The notes beneath the pieces are model-generated. The model was not told where the DNA came from. It saw only the letters and a program-made list of their open reading frames with translations, and made no database searches. The position numbers and the translations under genes are program-made. Shown one piece after another: positions 25,823 to 34,840 of a stretch of 51,109 nt of DNA. Position 1 is the stretch's first letter; every line of letters starts with the position of its first letter. The DNA is from a virus (taxonomy: Duplodnaviria; Caudoviricetes), in the IMG/VR virus record IMGVR_UViG_3300049855_000194, positions 1-51,109 of that record; one strand, given 5' to 3'.

Positions 25823-28441
25823 ATGTCAGTCACCATCACCGGCTCAAAATACGGCGACGTAGCACTATCCGCAGTCGGTACGACGACGGTGACGGTGGGC
25901 AGCGGAACTTTTAGTAGCGGGGATTTCGCACGCACAACGCCAAGACTCGTCGGTCTGTTTTCGTCTGCCGGAGCATTCAAGGGCATCAGCTACGTACGTG
26001 CTTATGTTAGCACCACTGAATTACAGCTTGAACGCAAGTTTTTCGATCCGAAAGACGGTGCTGAACTGACACAAGTTTCCGGGGACATTCTGCTCGTAAG
26101 TAAGAATTGGGCCGACATTGCCACGACAGGCATTGCCGTTAGCGCACACAACGTCACGGTTACTGATCGCCTAGAGTGGGGTACGTCAGGTGACGCGAAG
26201 TCGGTGTTCTTCCATGACGAGGGGAAGTACGTCACCTTCTCAAATAATGACGGAAGCACAGATACAAATAAGGTTTTTGGCGGTGTCGTATCGCAAGGGC
26301 ATTTACTAGACTTTGTGAATGGCACTACGTACGGGGGTTGCACCTGGGAAACACTGGCAACCAATAACGGCATTGGCTTACTGACGGCACGCAGCACGTC
26401 AGCATATGGCGTTTTCTATAATCACACATTCCGCAATAATGCGGAATCTGCCGGATACGGCTATGTCGGATCTGGTGCAGATGTAACACCGACCCCACCA
26501 ACTGACTGGGGTCGACTCACCATTCTAGATTGCGTGATAGACTCGCTGGACATGGCTTACGGGCCGGGGCCAATGGCAAACCCGACTCACCAATTACTGC
26601 GTAAGAGTCGCATGGTGTCGAGCAAATCACTCTACTCAATCTTGAGTCGCATTCTTGATGCGCCGAGTGTAGACAATGAGTTTAAGATCGTTGCTAACTC
26701 TGATCGACCGTTGTCCGTTTTTGGTAGCGACAGCGCAGGTAGCCACGTCGTAGGATCGCCCGCCGATGGGCGTACAACCGTGCGAGATATTGGCAACGAC
26801 AACTACTTCTGGCGATCAGGCGGAACACCTTCACAATCAGTGGTTGCGACGAATTGTATCACGTCAGACAAGCGATCAGGCGCAGACCTGGGAGGCGAAC
26901 AAACAAACGCCACTGTGTCGTTCCGGTACACGGATTCATATATCAATCTACAGGCTGCCACGACTGGCGTTGTGCGTCGCGACGGGGATTCGACAGTAGT
27001 TTCTAGCATCGTAGGCACCGGCACATCCTGGGCACCCGTCGTTGAACATGACAACTGGACGGGATACAGCCGCAACTCTGGCTATCCAAAAGGCCCTTGG
27101 ACCTACTCATTTAAGGCTTACGGATTCGGCCCCTTGTCGGGGGCCATTGCTGCAAGCACCGTTGACCTTGGTGTTGCTGGGTCGGCTGACAATGTCGCAT
27201 TCGGCGGCCCACTTATCCAAGTCCCCGACGCCAGCGTCACGCTTTCACAGGCTGCCGCACTGGCACTCACCACACTGCCGACGCTCGACAATGTCTATGA
27301 CCGCACCATAGCGTGGTCAGTCACAGACGCGACGAATGCACAGTATCCGTCTCTGTCTGCATACATGGCAGTCGCGATGGGAACATCGCTAGACTTTGGC
27401 TCACGCAATATTGTCATTGACGCCACTGCTGGCACAGCATTCGCAGTAAACACCGGCACAAACACCGTCACCATCAAAGCGACCACCCTTAGCGCCGGTA
27501 CGAAGTTCACGAAGCTGGTCACATCCGGCACAATCTCCTTTGTGAACGGGGCGGCACCATCCGCAACGCTGCCTTACCAATCCAGCGCAGGCACTAGCGT
27601 CCCCGTCACTGCCGCAAGTATCGTCAGCGGCTCGCGTGTGCAGATTTACGACGTGACCAACTCTGTCGAACTTGATAATGTAGTCATCGGTGGAGGCGGC
27701 TACGTGGGCCGACTCACCTGGACGACGAACAAGACGATCAGACTTCGTGCAATGTATTGCAGTGGCGTCACCGCAAAACTTCCTGTCACGTCGATTGCCA
27801 CTCTGACCAATACGGGCGCGAGCTTTCTTGATGTTCAGGTTGACGATCAAGTTTACATCGATGCTGGAATCAACGGCAGCGCGGTTACTGAATTTGCTGG
27901 CGACTATCCGAACGTTCAAATTGATGTGACCGATCCAGATGGAGTCACCACTGTTCCGCGCATCTATGCGTGGTTTGTCAATAACTTGATGACCAGCAGT
28001 GGTATTGCTTCGTTCTTCGGTGGTCTGACTGCCGACGATGGTGCAAACTTTGTCATCAACACGTCGATGATTAATCTCAAGCTCGATAACACCAACGTTT
28101 CCCCAGTGATTATCGGCGGCGGCCGTCTGTACCATGACGACGGCAGCACGGTGATTGCCGCTGCAAGCAACTCGATCCAGATGGACCCCGACCGGGTGTA
28201 TACGATTGAGACGGGAACGAGTGGATTGACCGGGCCTGAGTCGGCGTTGCTGGCGGATATTGCGCCGATCAAAGCAAAGACCGATAATCTCCCGACGGAT
28301 CCAGCTGATCAATCAGTAATACTAGCTGCGATACCCTCAGCAGCAACGACAGCAACCGCTGTACGTACCGAGTTAACAACAGAACTAGCTTTGATACCTA
28401 AAATCAAACTAGATACCGGAGCCATAGGAGCCGCACTATAA
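25823..28441 (+). CDS. Large virion/fibre-like protein, GC-rich, probably horizontally acquired
   Basis: 872 aa, rich in T/S/G/A/V; codon usage differs from the flanking genes. Confidence 0.65.
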   Translation: MSVTITGSKYGDVALSAVGTTTVTVGSGTFSSGDFARTTPRLVGLFSSAGAFKGISYVRAYVSTTELQLERKFFDPKDGAELTQVSGDILLVSKNWADIATTGIAVSAHNVTVTDRLEWGTSGDAKSVFFHDEGKYVTFSNNDGSTDTNKVFGGVVSQGHLLDFVNGTTYGGCTWETLATNNGIGLLTARSTSAYGVFYNHTFRNNAESAGYGYVGSGADVTPTPPTDWGRLTILDCVIDSLDMAYGPGPMANPTHQLLRKSRMVSSKSLYSILSRILDAPSVDNEFKIVANSDRPLSVFGSDSAGSHVVGSPADGRTTVRDIGNDNYFWRSGGTPSQSVVATNCITSDKRSGADLGGEQTNATVSFRYTDSYINLQAATTGVVRRDGDSTVVSSIVGTGTSWAPVVEHDNWTGYSRNSGYPKGPWTYSFKAYGFGPLSGAIAASTVDLGVAGSADNVAFGGPLIQVPDASVTLSQAAALALTTLPTLDNVYDRTIAWSVTDATNAQYPSLSAYMAVAMGTSLDFGSRNIVIDATAGTAFAVNTGTNTVTIKATTLSAGTKFTKLVTSGTISFVNGAAPSATLPYQSSAGTSVPVTAASIVSGSRVQIYDVTNSVELDNVVIGGGGYVGRLTWTTNKTIRLRAMYCSGVTAKLPVTSIATLTNTGASFLDVQVDDQVYIDAGINGSAVTEFAGDYPNVQIDVTDPDGVTTVPRIYAWFVNNLMTSSGIASFFGGLTADDGANFVINTSMINLKLDNTNVSPVIIGGGRLYHDDGSTVIAAASNSIQMDPDRVYTIETGTSGLTGPESALLADIAPIKAKTDNLPTDPADQSVILAAIPSAATTATAVRTELTTELALIPKIKLDTGAIGAAL

Positions 28442-28704
28442 TGAAACGTGTTATACTTAGACGAGATGGTACTAGAGTAGAGCTACCACTAATAGAACAA
28501 GCGGTAAGCTTAACTAAAGCTGTGACTCGTGAGATAATGTCAGATACCATACCCCTATCTGACGAAACCGTAACAAATCGTATAGCTATATGTAAAGCTT
28601 GTGACGATATTAGTAAAGATCTTAAAACTTGCACACAATGTGGTTGCATGCTAGAGCACAAGACTCGCTTCCGCACAGCATCCTGTCCACTAGGAAAATG
28701 GTAA
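28441..28704 (+). CDS. DUF6171-like Cys-rich protein
   Basis: RIAICKAC...CTQCGC...K...ASCPLGKW. Confidence 0.7.
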   Translation: MKRVILRRDGTRVELPLIEQAVSLTKAVTREIMSDTIPLSDETVTNRIAICKACDDISKDLKTCTQCGCMLEHKTRFRTASCPLGKW

Positions 28705-28705
28705 C

Positions 28706-30274
28706 ATGGCACTTCCGCTTGAAGAAGGCTACGAGAATCCTTTATATAAAAGGATGTTGGAGTTTAAGTCTAAAATACTTCAATCAGTTAAACTGCAAGG
28801 CAGCGGAAATCTAGCTAGTGGTATAGAGGCAACCCTAGCACCATCTGTAATAAAAGACCCAGACTTCAGCGTATCTGCAGACTACTCAGGGTTGCCAGCG
28901 CTACCAGCTATGGAGGGATATACATTCTTTGGGCAAGCTACTCCAGAATACAATTTCTGTAATCAAAGTTCCCCTTATGTTGTAGTCTTTGAAACCGGGC
29001 CAACAGCATCATTTACTCACACATCTGCTGGTCCTACTCCAGCAGAGATGGACGTAACATTCTCGTCTAATGGTTCCCCAGTAGGTAACTGTAATAAAGC
29101 AAACGTATTTGCACCTATAGAACCCGATCCCAAGGAAGCCGCTCCTAAATGGCTGATCCCTGTAGAAGCTACTGGAAATTGGACGCCACAGGTACTTCGT
29201 GGGCATATAGAAGTTACAGCAGACAAGCCAGAAGAGACTTTAACTTTAAAAGTTTGGAGGTTTAATCAGCAGCTTAATTGCACAGAAAACCCAACAACCT
29301 CTATATTTGTAGTAGATCTAGGTAAGATACGTGAAAGAACCTGTGACCCAAATGCTTATATATACAAGCTTATAAGATTCGACGGTACCTATGCCACTGT
29401 ATCTCCAGACACAAATACAAAGATACTGTATGCTAGCCTAACCTCTGAGCAATACGCCAACACAGGAGATGGTATAGTAGCCTGCTTCGGTGGGGGCTCG
29501 AAAACAACTTTTAAAGCTGACACAGGCACTAAAACGCAAAAATTAGATGAGCTATATCTAGGTATAGTAATACGCTATACCGACGATACGGGTTTAAGAA
29601 CTGTTAGTGGTATATTTAATGAGGATATGTCACTCGAAGAGAATTACCAGGAATACTGTAGAGCGGCGCTACCTTCGATATCTGTGCCATGCACTAAAGC
29701 ATACTTAGACCCTTACACCTCTACAATAGATTATACAGCAGGAGGCAGTGAATCTGACGCAGTAGGGATATGCGTAACATCACCACTTACCTTACCTCAA
29801 AGGGTAACTACAGCTTCTTTATGGACCAGTTACGCCTGGACAGTGAATAAGTATAGCCAATACCTCTGTCAGATACAACACGAATTCTCCGAAACATTTG
29901 AGATTTCTGAGGGCGGGGTTGATGCCGAAGTACGAGTGTATAGGAATTGCGGGTTTGATGCACAGGCAGGCATAAATGTAGAAATCACTACAAATGGAAG
30001 CTTTGTCGTTCCTACTCCTACTGCGGCTTACCCTGGATGCGGCTACAATCCATACACCACACCATGTTTTGTAGGCTGCAACTTCGGTACTATACTATTA
30101 GATGAGATTGGAAGCAAGTCACTAATAGGAAGTATACAATTTGAAGCGTCCGGTACGGAGCTACTGGTGTATGCTACAGTTAGAAGAATAGGAGATGTTG
30201 TATACTTTACAGGTATACATAAGAGAGCAACAGGAGTAGTCAATGTGGAATGCGAACTCAGAGCAGTGCCCTAA
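28706..30274 (+). CDS. Cys-rich hypothetical protein, probably virion-associated
   Basis: 522 aa, beta-rich, many Cys; coupled to the upstream gene. Confidence 0.6.
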   Translation: MALPLEEGYENPLYKRMLEFKSKILQSVKLQGSGNLASGIEATLAPSVIKDPDFSVSADYSGLPALPAMEGYTFFGQATPEYNFCNQSSPYVVVFETGPTASFTHTSAGPTPAEMDVTFSSNGSPVGNCNKANVFAPIEPDPKEAAPKWLIPVEATGNWTPQVLRGHIEVTADKPEETLTLKVWRFNQQLNCTENPTTSIFVVDLGKIRERTCDPNAYIYKLIRFDGTYATVSPDTNTKILYASLTSEQYANTGDGIVACFGGGSKTTFKADTGTKTQKLDELYLGIVIRYTDDTGLRTVSGIFNEDMSLEENYQEYCRAALPSISVPCTKAYLDPYTSTIDYTAGGSESDAVGICVTSPLTLPQRVTTASLWTSYAWTVNKYSQYLCQIQHEFSETFEISEGGVDAEVRVYRNCGFDAQAGINVEITTNGSFVVPTPTAAYPGCGYNPYTTPCFVGCNFGTILLDEIGSKSLIGSIQFEASGTELLVYATVRRIGDVVYFTGIHKRATGVVNVECELRAVP

Positions 30275-31455
30275 TTTATCCACATACTCTGTTCTCGCAT
30301 ATCTATACAAGGGAAGCCAAGCAGGTTCGTTGTTTTCATACAATGAACCTGCTTGTGTTTTATTATCTTAGCTGGCTTGAAAGGCTTATGCCCCTTTATG
30401 GACGCACTATTAGCAGAGTGAATTTTCGACAAGTACTTAGCATTATTTTTGGAGCTAGGATTCTCGGACGCCTCAACATACCTTTTCGTAGGCGTAGGAG
30501 CTACATAGACATCCTCTATAATCTTCCCATATAACTGTGCAAGCACTCTCTTAAGCCTAACCGAAACTAATCCATATTCCCCAGAAGCAGAGTATTCCTC
30601 CACCTTAGCTACAATATCCCTATCATTTATATTGTAAGTCCACTTATACTTAGCTACCTCTTGTGAGAGATTAGCGTCAAATAAAGCAGATATACAATAC
30701 TGCCCATCGTAGTTGCCTAGAGTAATTACATCTGACAGTTCTACGGAGTCGACCTCTGATTCGAAGTAAATACGAATTGCCGCAAACTCGGACTCGCCAT
30801 CGTCTACGAGCTTAACGTAATTCCCCATGGCCTTATTGAAGCAACCATCGGAATGCGTTAGATCTAGTAGATCACTTAGAGCTACCTTAGCAAATACTGG
30901 CATTTCATTAGCAGCTATAATCTTATTCATAACTGGCCGGCCCGCCGTACCATCCGGCTTAATATAAGTTATACCATGCCTACCTAATCCAGCACGTAAG
31001 GGTATCAATCGCATATCCCGACGGTTTACTTTAACAGGTGTAGGTACTCCTGCTACTATAACAGACAAAGTAACTACATCCGATCCATTGCCTTTTATAT
31101 AGGTGTGCCTAGCTAAGCTGAGCAGCATAGATTGCTCAGCTTTTAGCTTACCGTATTTCACTATATGGGCATAACTCTCCGGCATTCTAGAAGCAAGCAA
31201 GTTGTCCACTGTGAAATCAGCATTGTCTTCTTTACGCCCGCCAAGCTTATCGAAATGATTAGCTACTAACGAAAGGAGCGTAATTCCACGGCTAGATACA
31301 AACATGCCTGAGTTATAAGTCCAACGCATCGACTTAACCAGAGCATATAATTCAATATCTAAAAGCGCAATAGCAGCTTCGCCAGTATACCTTGGTATAC
31401 GTAGCATAAAGTGCGTTTCACCTAAGATGTACTCTGTCTTCAGTTTAGCTGGCAT
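30271..31455 (-). CDS. Hypothetical protein with degenerate HNH-endonuclease-like repeats
   Basis: ALLDIELYALVKSMRWTYN and ALFDANLSQEVAKYKWTYN resemble the N-terminal part of HNH/AP2 proteins; no intact DH...N core. Confidence 0.5.
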   Translation of the reverse strand: MPAKLKTEYILGETHFMLRIPRYTGEAAIALLDIELYALVKSMRWTYNSGMFVSSRGITLLSLVANHFDKLGGRKEDNADFTVDNLLASRMPESYAHIVKYGKLKAEQSMLLSLARHTYIKGNGSDVVTLSVIVAGVPTPVKVNRRDMRLIPLRAGLGRHGITYIKPDGTAGRPVMNKIIAANEMPVFAKVALSDLLDLTHSDGCFNKAMGNYVKLVDDGESEFAAIRIYFESEVDSVELSDVITLGNYDGQYCISALFDANLSQEVAKYKWTYNINDRDIVAKVEEYSASGEYGLVSVRLKRVLAQLYGKIIEDVYVAPTPTKRYVEASENPSSKNNAKYLSKIHSANSASIKGHKPFKPAKIIKHKQVHCMKTTNLLGFPCIDMREQSMWIN

Positions 31456-31461
31456 ACTTTC

Positions 31462-31489
31462 ATTATACCAGACTAATCAAAAAAGTCAA
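31462..31489 (-). promoter_or_regulatory. Promoter TTGACT-N16-TATAAT with ATG 6 nt downstream (leaderless)
   Basis: -35 at 31484-31489, -10 at 31462-31467, start codon at 31455. Confidence 0.8.
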
Positions 31490-31851
31490 GTGGAATTCTT
31501 AACACACAATGGATGTGCATAGAGTTTACCGTTTGAAGGTAGGTAGCTTAGCTTATCTTTACGCTCCCAGATCACATCTACGCAACCAAACATTATCCAA
31601 CCTATAAACTTCCATAGGTAGATACGCGGTGTAGAGTAATTGAAGATAGCTTTAGCAACTTCACCAGACATATTCATAGTGTAGACTTGCTGCTTACTAT
31701 CTTCAAAGCACCATGAATACTTTTGTAGGTGTACAACAGCCCACGTAGGAACTTTAACTACGTGTTCACCTGTCTTCTTACTGTAGATAGTGAGCTTGGT
31801 TTCGTCAGCGTCTACAATTTCGTAAGTGTTGTTTACTTTCTGCATGGTCAT
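31486..31851 (-). CDS. Hypothetical protein, degenerate HNH-like
   Basis: LQKYSWC...IYLWKFI...RKDKLSYLPSN. Confidence 0.5.
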   Translation of the reverse strand: MTMQKVNNTYEIVDADETKLTIYSKKTGEHVVKVPTWAVVHLQKYSWCFEDSKQQVYTMNMSGEVAKAIFNYSTPRIYLWKFIGWIMFGCVDVIWERKDKLSYLPSNGKLYAHPLCVKNST

Positions 31852-31854
31852 TTC

Positions 31855-31892
31855 ATTATACCGCTTGACTTTTACAAATCAACAGGTAAAAT
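31855..31892. promoter_or_regulatory. Overlapping divergent promoters: TTGATT-N16-TATAAT (minus) and TTGACT-N16-TAAAAT (plus, leaderless into terS)
   Basis: Minus: -35 at 31877-82, -10 at 31855-60. Plus: -35 at 31865-70, -10 at 31887-92, ATG at 31899. Confidence 0.75.
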
Positions 31893-31898
31893 AAATGT

Positions 31899-32699
31899 AT
31901 GGAGGCAGCCCTAGTAACAGAGCTTATAGGGGACGACTGGCTAGGTTTGCTAGGTAACTTGCTTTCTGACACAGAGAAGCAAGCAATACTTAGGCTACCT
32001 AGACTAGATGTATCTAGCGCGATAAAGCTATCTAAAGCTATCGGCATAGACCGGACCCGTGAAGTTATAAGGCTAAGTAAGGTGTACCCAGAGATCAATG
32101 TGGATGGAAGACGCAGATGCGTTCACTCCATAGGAGGTAAACGTTGTAGGACCTACTCCAACCTACCCATCTGTGCAAGACATTTTGAAAGCGCAAACAT
32201 GCTATCCCCTTCTACATTTAAAAGCGAGGCGTTACGTGCTGCATACATGCGTAACTTAGCTAATCCACGTAAGCTGCAAACTGACTCTGAACTTGCAGTT
32301 ATGCGTACTATGCTTGAGATGCTTCTATCTAAAGCTAATGAGCAAGGAAACATGCCCATTGAGATGATTGGAGCCGTATCTGCTCTATCAGAGAAGATAA
32401 CTGTAGTAGCTGATCGCATGTCTAAGATGCAGGAGATAACACCTGAGAAGGTCGAAACGATGATGGAACGCATTGTAGACATCATCTCTGAATATGTACC
32501 TGCTGAGAAGCTCAAGGAGTGTGCAGATAAGATTTCTTCCGTTAGCTTATCACAGCCATCTTGTGCTATAGATTACCTACCTGGGGATACAGTAGTGCAG
32601 GATAGGGATGGAAACATAACAGAGAACCAGATAACCACTGTACATCAGCGCGCACTTATAGAGACTGCTATACTTGTAGGAGATACAGATGCACAGTGA
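31899..32699 (+). CDS. terS: Putative terminase small subunit
   Basis: Directly upstream of terL; C..C..C..H zinc-like motif and ELAVMR helix. Confidence 0.55.
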   Translation: MEAALVTELIGDDWLGLLGNLLSDTEKQAILRLPRLDVSSAIKLSKAIGIDRTREVIRLSKVYPEINVDGRRRCVHSIGGKRCRTYSNLPICARHFESANMLSPSTFKSEALRAAYMRNLANPRKLQTDSELAVMRTMLEMLLSKANEQGNMPIEMIGAVSALSEKITVVADRMSKMQEITPEKVETMMERIVDIISEYVPAEKLKECADKISSVSLSQPSCAIDYLPGDTVVQDRDGNITENQITTVHQRALIETAILVGDTDAQ

Positions 32700-34269
32700 A
32701 GACCTAGCCATTCGCATAGCTCAGAAGCTAACGCAGAAAGCTGTGGAGCTACACAGCACACAGAAGTTAGGTACTCTGGAGTGGGCACATAAGTACATTC
32801 CACACTACTTCACCCGCTCCGTATCTGCACTACATACTCAGCTAGCTAGGACATCCGATGAAATTAAGCATACACGCGGTAAGAATACCCTCGTTATAGC
32901 CCCTCGCGGTAATGCTAAAAGTACGCTATGTAGTCTAACCACGCCACTTCAAGCTACCTGTGAAGGTACAGAGAAGTTCATTCTACTTGTAGCCGATACA
33001 GCAGATCAGGCAAAGAAGTACCTAGCATCCATTAAAGATGAGCTGCTATTCAATGAAGAACTACGTAAAGACTATCCATTAGCCTGCCAAGAGGGGGACA
33101 TATGGAACTCCGAGAGAATAGAAACTAAGAACGGCGTATGTATAGAAGCTATCGGCAAAGGTGGCGCAGTACGCGGACGCAAATTCAGGCAATACCGCCC
33201 TACTCTAATAATCGTAGACGATCCACAATCAGATGAAGATTGTCTATCCCCAGTCACAAGAACAAAAGATATAGACTGGTTCAACAAATCTCTAATGCCT
33301 GCTGGCGATAAGGATACAAATATCTTTGTAGTAGGCACCATGTTGCATAGAGATTGCATCGTAGGGGCGCTAGAGAAGCGTGCAGACTTCAGCACAGTTA
33401 AGTTCGCCTCTATAATCGCATGGCCAGTAAATATGCATCTATGGGCAGAATGGGGTCGCCTCTACTTCAGGGAGAAAGAGAAGGCTAAGCAATTTTACAT
33501 AGAGCACAAGTCAGATATGCACGAAGGTGCAAAAGTATTATGGGAGGACAAGGAAGATATATACGAGCTGATGTGTCTTCGCGAGAACATCGGGGACGCA
33601 GCTTTCAAATCTGAAAAACAGAATGATCCACGTGATCCTAGCAAATGTGAGTTCAGAGAAGAATGGCTTAGCGAAGATCGCGCAGAGATATGGTACGCTA
33701 CACTACCTACCAATAAGAAACTTATATCCGTAGGCTATGGGGATCCCGCAATGGGCGGAGAAACTAAGAAGCACGACGACTCCGCCATCGTCTCGCTATT
33801 CTACGACCATGAAGAACGCTGCTGCTATGTAGAAGTGGAATTAGAGAAGAGGCCTGTAAATATATTTATCGAATCTCTCATAAAGCATCGTAAGCTATTT
33901 AAATATGAAGCATTTGGGTTAGAAACAAATGGATTCCAGCAGCTAGTTTCTGAAAACTTATACTCTGCCGATCCATTATTTCCTACAGTGGAAATTGAAA
34001 ACCGGGTAAATAAAATGGTTAGAATCAGCCGACTAGGAATTTGGTTGCAAAGAGGGTTCTTCCGGTTTAAAATAGGATGTAAGCACACCCATAAACTAAT
34101 ATCGCAGCTTCTAGAACACCCCCACGCGGCTCACGACGACGGTTCTGACGCGCTTGAGGGTGCAACTAGAACACTATCAACAGTAGTCGATATCGACGAA
34201 GAAACGGAAGAAGCAAATGTTAATACACAAGATGATGGGTTGGGTGATAATATCCTTGGTGGCTATTAG
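32689..34269 (+). CDS. terL: Terminase large subunit
   Basis: APRGNAKS, LIIVDD, VVGT, YGDPA, HDDGSDAL. Confidence 0.95.
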   Translation: MHSEDLAIRIAQKLTQKAVELHSTQKLGTLEWAHKYIPHYFTRSVSALHTQLARTSDEIKHTRGKNTLVIAPRGNAKSTLCSLTTPLQATCEGTEKFILLVADTADQAKKYLASIKDELLFNEELRKDYPLACQEGDIWNSERIETKNGVCIEAIGKGGAVRGRKFRQYRPTLIIVDDPQSDEDCLSPVTRTKDIDWFNKSLMPAGDKDTNIFVVGTMLHRDCIVGALEKRADFSTVKFASIIAWPVNMHLWAEWGRLYFREKEKAKQFYIEHKSDMHEGAKVLWEDKEDIYELMCLRENIGDAAFKSEKQNDPRDPSKCEFREEWLSEDRAEIWYATLPTNKKLISVGYGDPAMGGETKKHDDSAIVSLFYDHEERCCYVEVELEKRPVNIFIESLIKHRKLFKYEAFGLETNGFQQLVSENLYSADPLFPTVEIENRVNKMVRISRLGIWLQRGFFRFKIGCKHTHKLISQLLEHPHAAHDDGSDALEGATRTLSTVVDIDEETEEANVNTQDDGLGDNILGGY

Positions 34270-34840
34270 CGCTTCCGGCTGCTATAGAGGCACAGTCCTG
34301 ACAGGGCCACAATTTGATCGCATTAAGCAGGATATTTCAGACTCACGCGCTGTAAATGACCCAAGTGTACCACCATCTGAGTACACTAAAGATATAAATG
34401 CTACTCTAGCTGAGGATATGCGCAAATCTCTAGACATAGAACTAGATGAGCTACCGAAAGCTAGAGTCTCTGTAAATGAATGGGTAGATAATGAGCAGGA
34501 TGCCCATCGTAAGAATAGAGGGGGCATCGAAAAAGAACCCGTACCAGAGTCTTATAGTGCTATGCTAGGTGGATTAGCCACCATAGCCACACTATTCGGG
34601 TTAGGTCTTGTAGCAAAAACAGGCGGCCCGTTAGGTATGGCTAGCGAGCTACTTTCTACTTGGCTAATTGCTAAGAATCCGAAAGATGCTAAGGTACAAG
34701 AAATAATCTTTAAAGCTATCGAGCTATATAAAGAATCAGATCCTAATTGGGCTAAGAATCCATTAATGATGCAGATAAGTGCATTGATGCCCTTAACTCT
34801 AAAAGACCACATTAAAACAAAGATCGTAGCTACAATATGA
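34232..34840 (+). CDS. Lipoprotein with an internal transmembrane helix (spanin candidate)
   Basis: WVIISLVAISASG-C lipobox; MLGGLATIATLFGLGLVA hydrophobic segment. Confidence 0.5.
   Translation: MMGWVIISLVAISASGCYRGTVLTGPQFDRIKQDISDSRAVNDPSVPPSEYTKDINATLAEDMRKSLDIELDELPKARVSVNEWVDNEQDAHRKNRGGIEKEPVPESYSAMLGGLATIATLFGLGLVAKTGGPLGMASELLSTWLIAKNPKDAKVQEIIFKAIELYKESDPNWAKNPLMMQISALMPLTLKDHIKTKIVATI

Noticed and set aside
27401-28312. 303-aa antisense ORF and other shadow ORFs opposite long genes
   Set aside because: These are explained by sense-strand codon bias and have no recognisable motifs or start signals
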